Source of the DNA: the human T2T-CHM13v2.0 reference genome, Homo sapiens
DNA: 64,000 nucleotides
Reading direction: 5' to 3' (one strand)
NCBI RefSeq assembly: GCF_009914755.1
Contig: NC_060938.1
The notes beneath the pieces were generated by a model, which saw nothing but the letters and a program-made list of their open reading frames with translations, was not told the DNA's origin and did no database searches. Below, one piece after another: positions 51,987 to 64,000 of this stretch. Made by a program: the position numbers and the translations under genes. Positions within the stretch are counted from its first letter, which is position 1. Every line of letters starts with the position of its first letter.

Positions 51987-53605
51987 CCTCCTGAGATTTT
52001 TACAGGGACCCGTTTCACATAAGAGGTCTGCTTTGGTAGTTCAGGCCTGCAAGGACTGTGGGTCTTGGCAGAGAGAGGAGGCACTGTTATTTTTTCTTCT
52101 GAGGCCATGTGAACGGGGCAGGCCGTGTGCATAGTTTCCATGGCATAATCTGACTATAAAGCCCTGTGTGTCTGTGGGGGAGGGACAAGGAGAGGCCCTC
52201 GGCCCAGCCTCAGTCAGAGCTGGGCATGGGCCCAGGAGGCACATTCCCTCCCAATTCCTGCAAGGTCCCGAGCCGTGGGCAGGGCAGGGCTGGCCGGAGC
52301 TCTGGAAGCTCATTTGGTTGCTGACTGGGGTGAGGGTGTTGGCTCTTCCAGATGCCAGGACATGAGACAAAGGAAAGGTAATCTCCCAAGAACTGGGCCA
52401 GGCTGAGGCTCAGGCAGAACACAGGATGTGAATTCACTGGGAGGCACAGCAAAGGCAGGCGAAGGAAGGCCTCCTTGTCTGCACCTGGCTACTGCCTCCT
52501 ACCTGCAAAACAGAAGCTACTGCCAGGCTGGCCGGGGCCCAGCCCTGAGGAGGAAACTGAACAGGATCATTCGCCTAGAGTGATTGTCAGTGGGTTCACC
52601 AGACACCTTTCTCTGCTGGAGAAAGGATGCCTCTAAAGAAAAGAGGCCACTCTGTTAGCCTCTCCAAAACTGCGGCTTCCTGGACAGAAGTCAGGGATGC
52701 AGAGCACAGGCTAGTATTTATTAGGCAGCTACTAGGTACCAGGCTCTGTGCTAAACATTTTGCTTTTCTAATTTATTTGGAACAATATAGATTAATAATC
52801 ATTATGACAGCTAATATTTCTTGAGTGTCTACCAGGGATCTGACATCAATTCCTTTAATCCTCCCAAACCTCCCTATCTATGGGTTGAGGGAAACTATGC
52901 CTTATCTGCAATTTTGCTATAAATCACCCAGCCAGCGAATGCCCCAGTGGGGATTTGAACTACACACCATCTCCTCATAACCACTGATTTTCCTGACAAA
53001 TCCTGGCTGTAGATTCTGTGACGCCCTATGCCAGGGTCTTTGAAAAAGTTCCTACCGCTCCGAATTACCCATTTTGTCCCAAAGCCCCCACCTCGGCCTG
53101 CTTCCCGTTTCTGCCCTGGCTCCTTGGGGCCTCTAAGACTGGAGTCTCAAAGCGGCTCTGTCCCTAGAGGGTGGTTGTCCCTTCGCCCGCTCTGGGTTTG
53201 TTATGACGTACTGGTCGGCAGCCCCAGGCCGCAGAGGTTGCCCAAGACAATCATGCTTTTCTGAGAGGCAGGCTGTGCTGCGAGTCTCAGGCCGCAGCCG
53301 CACACACAATGCCCTCTGTCTCCGCTGGGGCAGAAAGGCGCATTATTGCGGGTCAGGTGACTCTGGCTCCACTGGCCGTGATGTTTGTGCTCCACATCTC
53401 CCACGAGGCACCTCCCCACGATGGCAAGCATGGCCAGGGGCTGGGCAGGGAGGGGGCACAGGGGCACTCAGGGCCTGGGTGTCCCTTCCCCTGGAGGTCC
53501 CTGCCTCACTTCCCCTATCAGACCTGTCCCTCACCCTCCATCCCCACCTGTAGGTCCTTCCCCTGGGTCCCAGGTCTCCCTCTCCTAAGCCTTTTGAGTG
53601 CTAGA

Positions 53606-53902
53606 ATTTATTTATTTACTTGTGACAAGGTCTCACTCTATCGCCCAGGCTGGAGGGCAGTGGCATGATCTCAGCTCACTGCAACCTCTGTCTCCTGGGT
53701 TCAAGCGATTCTCGTGCTCAGCCTCCCCAGTAGCTGAGACTACAGGCATGTGCCACCACGCTCAGCTAATTTTTGTATTTTTAGTAGAGACAGGGTTTCA
53801 CCATGTTGGCCACGCTGGTCTCAAAGTCCTGACCTCAAGTGATCCGCCTGCTTTGGCCTCCCAAAGTGCTGGGATTACAGGTGTGAACCACTGCGCCCGG
53901 CC
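53606..53902 (-). mobile_element. AluSx-like
   Basis: TSD ctagaattta. Confidence 0.92.
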
Positions 53903-54079
53903 TAGAATTTAAATTCCTCTGGGAAAGCACACAGCACCGTGCCTGGCACAGTATGCCCTCCACAACATGGCTTTCTCTTCTGTTTTCCTCTTCCAGTTTC
54001 TCATGTTTGGACTTTGTGCAGGTTGGAGATAATTTTGTCATCAGGAATTTTGACAGAGACCCTGAAAACAGCTGTGTTC

Positions 54080-54300
54080 TTAATAACAATAACAGCCACA
54101 GTTTACTAAGCCCTTAGCATGTGGCTGGCAGTGGGCCAAACCCATGGAATCCTCACAACAGGCCTGGGAAGGCGATGCTCTTCCCAGTCCCACTTTAAGA
54201 AACAGAGGCTCCTAGCACTTGAGTGACTTGCCCAGGGCGGTGACGCTGGGTGGTGGAGCTGGATTCAGACTCAGTTCCATGCTCCTGACCGGTGTGCTAT
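54080..54300 (-). mobile_element. MIR
   Basis: aatcctcacaaca..aagaaacagaggctc..gagtgacttgcccagg..tggtggagctggatt. Confidence 0.7.
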
Positions 54301-54306
54301 CGTGCC

Positions 54307-54849
54307 TGTGTTACTTTCTCAGGGACGTTCTAACAAGCCACCAACATTGGGTGGCTTAGAACATTTACTGTCCCATAGTATGGGAGGCTTGAAGTCTGAG
54401 ATCAAGGTGTTGGCAGGGTTAGTTCCTTCTGAGGGCTGTGAAGGAGAATCTGACCCAGGCTGCGGGTACACATTCACATGTTTTATTTCACATAGCCACA
54501 CACATACATGTTTACACACAGTTGTACACATGTGCTTACACAACCACACATACATGCTCTGACCCAGCTTTGGGCGCTTGCTGGCCATCTTTGCTGCTCC
54601 GTGGCTTGCAGATGCATCACCCCATATCTGCCCTTATCTTCATAAGGTGTCCTCCCTATGTGTGTGTCTCGAAGTCTAAATTTCCCCCTAAAATTAGGAC
54701 ATCAATCGTACTGGATCAGGGCCCACCCTAACAACCCCATTTTAACTTGATCATCAGCAAAGTCCCTATTTTCAAATAAAGTCACACTCACAGGTACTGG
54801 GAGTTAGGACTTCAGTATCTTTTGGGGGGATACAATTCAACCCACAACA
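54307..54849 (-). mobile_element. MLT1C-type MaLR LTR carrying a foreign ~100-bp insert
   Basis: gaagtctgagatcaaggtgttggcagggtt..gctggccatcttt..gggcccacccta..aggtactgggagttaggacttc..tacaattcaacccacaaca. Confidence 0.85.
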
Positions 54850-54915
54850 GGGCCCTTCCCTGCTTTGTACCTTTGTGGCTTGGGCTTTCTTAGGAGCATT
54901 AAAAGGAAGTGGTGC

Positions 54916-55283
<368 letters not shown>

Positions 55284-56125
55284 TCACACAGTATACACAC
55301 ACACACACACTCACATGCACTCACACACAGAGGTTCAGTAGCCTGGCAAGAACATCAATGCTCAGGATAGATGCTGAACTGCCACATTAACATCTGCATT
55401 CCATGGAGACAGTGGAACATCTGGCCAACATGAGGCATGGAGGGTGCCAGGTGCTCCAGCAGGATGAAGAGGAAACTGCCAGCAGTATAGACACTCGCCT
55501 TCCCAGCACAGCAGTTTGCACCAGACCACAACAAACCCACTCAAAATATTCTCCACGTCCCCTCCAATCCCCATACCTTCCCTCTATGCCTGCCCACTCC
55601 ACCATCCCTTCCCTAGGCCTGGGCCCTCCCCACTCTCTGAGGTGGGAGAGGCTGGGGGCTGTGTCTCTGCAGCTCTAGCGTTTGTGTAGGAGTTACTACT
55701 TGTGGAGCATGCAGCGCAGAGGGAAACAGCTTGCCAGTGAGACGCAGACACTTCCATCTCCACCTCCAGCTGCACCGAATCAGCTTACATGGTTAATGAC
55801 TGTTCCTGCTGGGGCTCACCGGACCAGCCCCTACTGTCTGCTGTGGGTGGGTCCAGGAAAGGCCTCCTCCAGGGGTAGCAATGCTGTACCCGAGCTCTGG
55901 GCCTGGTGGGTACTTGCCCTGAGGACTTCAGACCCAGGCATGGTGGTGCTCCTCAAGCGACCAGCACCTTGGGCCTTCTCTCCAAGCTCCAGGCCCAGCT
56001 GCACTCCAGGCCTGCCCCTGCCTCCTCTCCTCCCCCTGCTCCTGCTCCCACGGCTTTTTGTCTCCTCAGGGGCTCCTCCACCTCTGCAATTGGTTTCTTC
56101 CAGGCCAGGCCTCCCAGGCCTCAGG

Positions 56126-56416
56126 TGCACATCCACACATGCTTTATTTCACATGGTCTCACACATACATGTTCACACGCATTCATACACATGTGCCTTA
56201 CACAACCACACATGCATGCTCATACACACGCACACACACTTTACACAGTCATACACGGTGTTGACACACTCACATGTGTGCTTTACATAGTCACACATTC
56301 ACACACATGCTGTATAGTCTTACACATGCATATTCACACACACGTGTGTTACACAGTCACACACAGTCACATGCTCACACACAGGCCTGCATTCTCGCAC
56401 ATGTGCACACATGCAC
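56126..56416. repeat. Degenerate (CA)-rich low-complexity tract
   Basis: Direct read. Confidence 0.85.
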
Positions 56417-56525
56417 TTAGGTACTTACGTTATTTCTCTAAGTCTGCTTTCTTAGTTGGAACATGAGGATAATTTATTTTCCCATACCCATTTCACAGAG
56501 TTGCTAAACTGAAAAAGAGAGTTGA

Positions 56526-56920
<395 letters not shown>

Positions 56921-56938
56921 ACACAGTCACATGATTCA

Positions 56939-57130
<192 letters not shown>

Positions 57131-57306
57131 CTACTATGTGTCTCCAAATCACGTGGTTTTCTTCCCCACAATTAGTGTTACCAGATTCTTCTATTTCTAT
57201 CAGGAGAGAATTTTACATGTACAAATAACTACATATGTATGTACTCTTCTTCCTTTTTTTTTTTCACAAATGTACACAACATACTGTGTGTGCCTTACTT
57301 TTCTCA

Positions 57307-57650
<344 letters not shown>

Positions 57651-57989
57651 CAGTACATCTGGAGAGTGTTCTGCATCAGCACATAAAGGGCTTCTGCATT
57701 GTTTTATGGCCATAGTAAATTCCATTATATGTAAGTACCATCATTTATTTAACCCAATACTCAATAAACAGGACATTTAGGTTGTTTCCAACATTTTGCT
57801 ATTTCAAACAAAGCTGGAGTGAAAACCCCTGGATAGACATCCTTTCTCACAGATGTGAGTGTATCCACTAATATTTGAATATATAAAATGGACACCAAAA
57901 GCTGCTTTTCTTGGTGTCTGAGTCTCTTTTCCTCCTTAATAGGCACTCACTTGTACAACTTCAGACTGCAAGAAGTCTGGTGGGCATTA

Positions 57990-58076
57990 CTAGGTTGATG
58001 CCAAAGTAACTGTGGTTTTTGCCCTTATTTAAAAAAAAAAAAGACAAAAACCACAATTACTTTTGCAACAACCTAA
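57990..58076. mobile_element. MADE1 (Hsmar1-derived palindromic MITE)
   Basis: TA-ctaggttgatgccaaagtaactgtggtttttgcc..caaaaaccacaattacttttgcaacaacctaa-TA. Confidence 0.92.
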
Positions 58077-58319
58077 TACATACACTGGAGGGCCCTGGGT
58101 TGTCCTAGTTCCCTAAACCAACCCAAGAGGACCTTGCTTTGGCTGAAGAGACTGAAGAGACAATCCTTTCCTTTGATTCTCAGCATTTCAGTTGGATTTA
58201 GTCTAAATGTAATGAGCTGACGCTGCTTGCATGCAGAAGGACAGAGGTGAGTAAGTTACAGACCTGCTGAGGAGAAGGGCGTTTGCAAACCAAAGAGCAT
58301 ATCAATTCTGCATGTGCCT

Positions 58320-58480
58320 AGTGCTTCATTCAGTCACCTGCGGTCTTCCAGGCACGGTGCTGGGCATGAAGATGCAGTGGAGACAAGACAAGGTAGGTTC
58401 TGCCCTCATAGAGCCTGCAGTCATATATATGATGGAGACAGGCACAGAGCAGACATGATATGAGCTATGACGGAAAAGCA
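58320..58480 (-). mobile_element. L2 fragment
   Basis: ttcattca..ccaggcacggtgctggg..acaagacaag..tctgccctcatagagc. Confidence 0.6.
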
Positions 58481-59763
58481 GGAGGAGAAAGAACATTCCT
58501 CAGCTTAGGTCAACCCAGCATTTGGAGGCAGAAGGTGGCACCCCTCGGCTCTCTTTCCCGAAGCTCCTTCAGGTTTTCCCTAGAGCCTATGGCTCTTTCC
58601 CTAGGGTCTTTTGCCCTGGTTTTCTTTTGACCTCCTGACATCCTTTTTCTCGATTGCTCTGGACAAGTGGAAGCCTGCAAGGCTGTGTTGGGGAGGCGGC
58701 TGCTGCCAGCCTGGCACTTCTGGAGCTGCAGCGGCATCTCAGCCTTTTAGCAGTGTTGCCAACATCAGCCTCCGCACACCTTAGTCAGCAGTGAGAGTGG
58801 GAGCTGGAAGCGAGGAAAACTTCAGCTGCTACCCACTGCCCTTCCCAGCGGGGCTGGCTGGCGACTGGGAAGTCAGGGAAGAGCTGCCTTCCCCTTCTGC
58901 CATGCAGCAGCTCCACCTGCTTGGCGTCCTGTGCTTATAGGAGCTGGCTCACCCTTCCTGACATACAGGAAGGCAGCAATCTGATAAAATGGGTTGCACC
59001 AAGGTGTCAGCTGCTTAATGTGGTGGCCCTCCCAGGAAGATATTTGTGGAGAGATTTGCTTAACTGCAAAGGTGTGAATTACTGATTACAGAGGCAAGTC
59101 AGGCAGGTGGGAAGAATTTATTTGGGTGGATCACAGGGGACCTTCCCATACTGGCAACGATTGACTTCATTTAGGATGATATTCTCCATAATCTGTGCCC
59201 TGATATTATTGTTGTTTTAATTGTGAGAAATTTGTAGAAATTAAACATTTGCATAAGTGTGGGAGATTCTGAGCCCTCGTATTCATCAAACACCTTTGTA
59301 ACCAGGTATTCTCCACAGCTGATCAAAGGTCGTCTCCCTTATGACAGTGGACCCATAGAGAGGGAACTGTGGTGCTGTCACACTGAGTGAACAATATTGA
59401 CAAAGTCATAATCATGTAAACATAGTGTATAGGTTTTCAACCTCTAAAATCAATCTATGGTAAAATAAGAAAGACTGAATTAAATGTTATCAACCACAAT
59501 GATATAAATATAGAAGTAAAACTAACAGAAGTTGGGGATAGGAGGGGACGTCTTGGTAGAAAGACAGATAAGAGTTCAAGTTAACTTATTTTACAAGAGG
59601 AGACTATTGAAATTTGACCCAACCAGAAATCAAGCGAGCTTTAAGTACATAGTTAAATGTTACAAAGATAACCAATAGAATAACTGAAAATTGTAAAGTA
59701 TTAAAAACAAGAGGATTAGAAAGAAAGGTGGGGGTTGGGTGACTGATCTAAAACCTCATTTTA

Positions 59764-60090
59764 GGCTAGGCACAGGGGATCATGCCTGTAATGCCAACAC
59801 TTTGGAGGCTGAGGTGGGTGGATTGCTTTGAGGCCAGGAGTTTGAGACCAGCCTGGGTAATATAGTGAGACCTTGTGTCTACAAAAAAAATTTTTTTTAA
59901 TTAGCTGATTGTGGTGGTATGTACCTGTAGTCCCAGCTACTTGAGAGGCTGAGGTGGGAGGATCGCTTGAGCCCAGCAGGTAGAGGTTGCAATGAGCAGA
60001 GATATCACCACTCTACTCTAGCCTGGGTGATACAGTGAGACCCTATCTCAAAAATAAAATAAAATAAAATTAAATTAAATTAAATTAAAT
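59764..60090 (+). mobile_element. AluJ with (taaaa/taaat)n tail
   Basis: Diverged full Alu. Confidence 0.9.
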
Positions 60091-60109
60091 TTTAAAAACA
60101 CCCTCATCT

Positions 60110-60510
<401 letters not shown>

Positions 60511-60655
60511 CTAAAAGTAGAAAAATCATTTGTCCAGAGACAAATGATTGTCTCTGGAGAGGAGGCCCAGAGTAGGGCGGAGAATTATGGCTTTTTTCTA
60601 TTCTTATTATATCATGTTTAAATGATGGGCAGGTTATATATTCATAAAACTTGCA

Positions 60656-62088
<1,433 letters not shown>

Positions 62089-63229
62089 TGAAAGCTTAAT
62101 TTATTTTTTTAAAAAGGACACCTCCAAATAGATGTGGAAGCTATGGTCAGAGAAAGCTCAGAACTTGTGTAAGTCCCTCCTGTGCCAGTGCAAGCCCGGG
62201 CATGAGCTCAGGTCCTGCCTTCACCCTCCTCACAGCTGGGAGTTGGTCAAGGTCCTACCTCTTGGGATGGTTCACCCTGTAAGCTAGAGGAAGAGTGAGA
62301 CAGGGAAGGTGCACAGAAAGGAGCCAAGTTGACATCAGCCTGGCACATGGTCCTCTTTGTCATCCATCAGCCTCTGCAGTATTTCCCACAGTCGGGTTCT
62401 CCCAGCCCTGTCCCCACCAGCCCAGTGCCCTGGTCTGGCTTCTGGTGGCTGTGAGCAGCTGGGATCTGAGTTTAATGGAAGTAACCATCTTATTTTCTTA
62501 TAAATTCACTGTTTCTTTTAGTCTTTTCAGGACTAGTTTAGGTCTCTCTTGGGTTAGCAGAACCCATCCATCTAGTCACTGGCTGTCCTGATAGAGCAGG
62601 TCCCTTTCTAGGCTGGAGGCTGTGGGTGGGGCCCAGCATCACTCCTACTATCTAGCTTGGATGGTTTCCCACTGTGTTAGGTGGCAGCTTGTTCCTGGAC
62701 AGGAAATTATTTAAGTTCAGCTTTTCCTCTGCTGATCTGGGAGGCACTCAGTTAACACACACATAACTGAAATCCTGGAGGGACTGGACTATTGATGGAC
62801 ATGGACGTGTGACTTCGGGTCCTCAGGCACAGCGTGAGATACTTTCCATAGAAGAGGAAGAGTATGGGATGTGGGGTCTCCAAAATCATGGGGGAGATTT
62901 CCTGTGGGGCTATTGGAAGGTGTGGAAGGTATTTCCTTCCTCACTGGACCATGGTTTTGGGGCCACCTGGTAGCCTCAGATGACCTTTTTTGAAGTCCTT
63001 TTCCGAGGCAGTGACTCTCAGAATTCTGAACACTTGCCAGAGTTCAGGCAGCTGGTGTCTGTGTCTAGGAAGAAGGTTGACACTATGGTCTCCCCTGTTT
63101 CCCATTCTACACCATCTGCTTTTCCTGGCTTGATCACCGATTGGGATGTTCTGTTCTAATTTATCCTGTCTTTTTCCCTTCCAAGCCCTGGAGGTAGGTA
63201 AAGGAAGGATGTTCACTGAGGCTTAGTGT

Positions 63230-63413
63230 GTAACATACAGTCACTAGCTGCATTTGGCTATTGAAATTTTAAACCAGTTTCAGTTAAATAGAATAAAAAA
63301 TTCAGTTCCTCAGTTGCACCCAGTTGCCACAGTGCTCAATAGTCACATGTGGCAATGGGCATTGCAGATGTAGAACATTTCACCATCGTGGAAAATTCTG
63401 TAGGACATTGCTG
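63230..63413. mobile_element. MER33-like hAT MITE (partial)
   Basis: cactagc..tggctatt..aaaaattcagttcctcagttgcac..gtgctcaatagtcacatgtggc..tagaacatttc..aaattctgtaggaca. Confidence 0.7.
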
Positions 63414-64000
63414 CCCTGAGCCTCTGCTCCCTTTTCTCCTCTATTATTCTGACCTGGAGAATTGGAAGCTGCTACTCCATTAGGCTGTGGGGCCCGGAAC
63501 TCACTGCCTATTGAGAATTCAAAAGCAGAGAATGAGCAGGGTGGAAATGCCTTCAATATCCACTTAATATTCAGTCCAGGGCAGCGTTAGGCTCTGAAGT
63601 CTTCTGAGTGTGACATCTATAGTTTAAAAGCTGCCCCCCAAGCCCTTTGAGTTCTGGCCTGCAGCAGGGATTTCTGTTCTGCTTACCTGCTCATCACCAA
63701 ATCCATTTAAGGCACCTTCTCGGCTGTGAGCATGTGCCAGCCTAACCTGGTCTTCTGATCTCGGTTCCTTTCCTAAAACACCACATGACCTTGGATGTTT
63801 ATGCTGGTGCCACCCCTGCTGCAGTGCCTTGTGGTAGGCAGCTGTCTGTACACAGGCTCTCCTGGGAATTCTTTTTACTCTGTGAAAAGATTCTGGCCAC
63901 TGGGGTTGGCAGGAAGCAGGGACCTGTGTCTTTCTGGGGAGTTTGTAACAGGGATGAGGTTTTCCAGAACAAGATATCATAGCCTTGCTTTCTTCCCCAG

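Noticed and set aside
55682-56466. Longest ORFs (202 and 186 aa)
   Set aside because: Non-ATG starts, run into CA-rich low-complexity sequence, no recognisable domain
63981-64000. Window ends in an acceptor-like ttgctttcttccccag
   Set aside because: Downstream sequence is outside the window; cannot be evaluated

Overview
Human genomic DNA: a near-consensus AluYb8, a human-specific subfamily, is present. The window is non-coding and repeat-dense (intergenic or deep intronic). I find no credible protein-coding exon, RNA gene, CRISPR array or processed pseudogene. The ORF track is explained by Alu, LTR and low-complexity sequence, and I cannot name the host locus. About 60 Alu copies or fragments (roughly a quarter of the window) sit among old L1/L2/MIR fragments, MaLR LTRs (MLT1, MST), two MER41A-type solo LTRs, a full CpG-rich LTR12C solo LTR and DNA-transposon fossils (MER2, MER63, MER58A, Tigger3b, MADE1, MER33). 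Subfamily names are recalled from consensus sequences and not computed; most boundaries are approximate. I see no new gene system. The most unusual signals are repair and retrotransposition scars plus candidate regulatory sites. These are: a ~105-bp segment apparently copied from 1.66 kb away into an MLT1 LTR; a 14-unit GCAAGCTG/(TA)n array bracketed by overlapping direct and inverted repeats; an Alu with a twin-priming-like internal inversion; a three-monomer Alu inside one TSD; re-insertions into existing TSDs; a GAS site in one MER41A; a CArG/MCAT cluster; a strong CTCF motif; and a recursive-splice-like AG|GTAAG site downstream of the LTR12C promoter.
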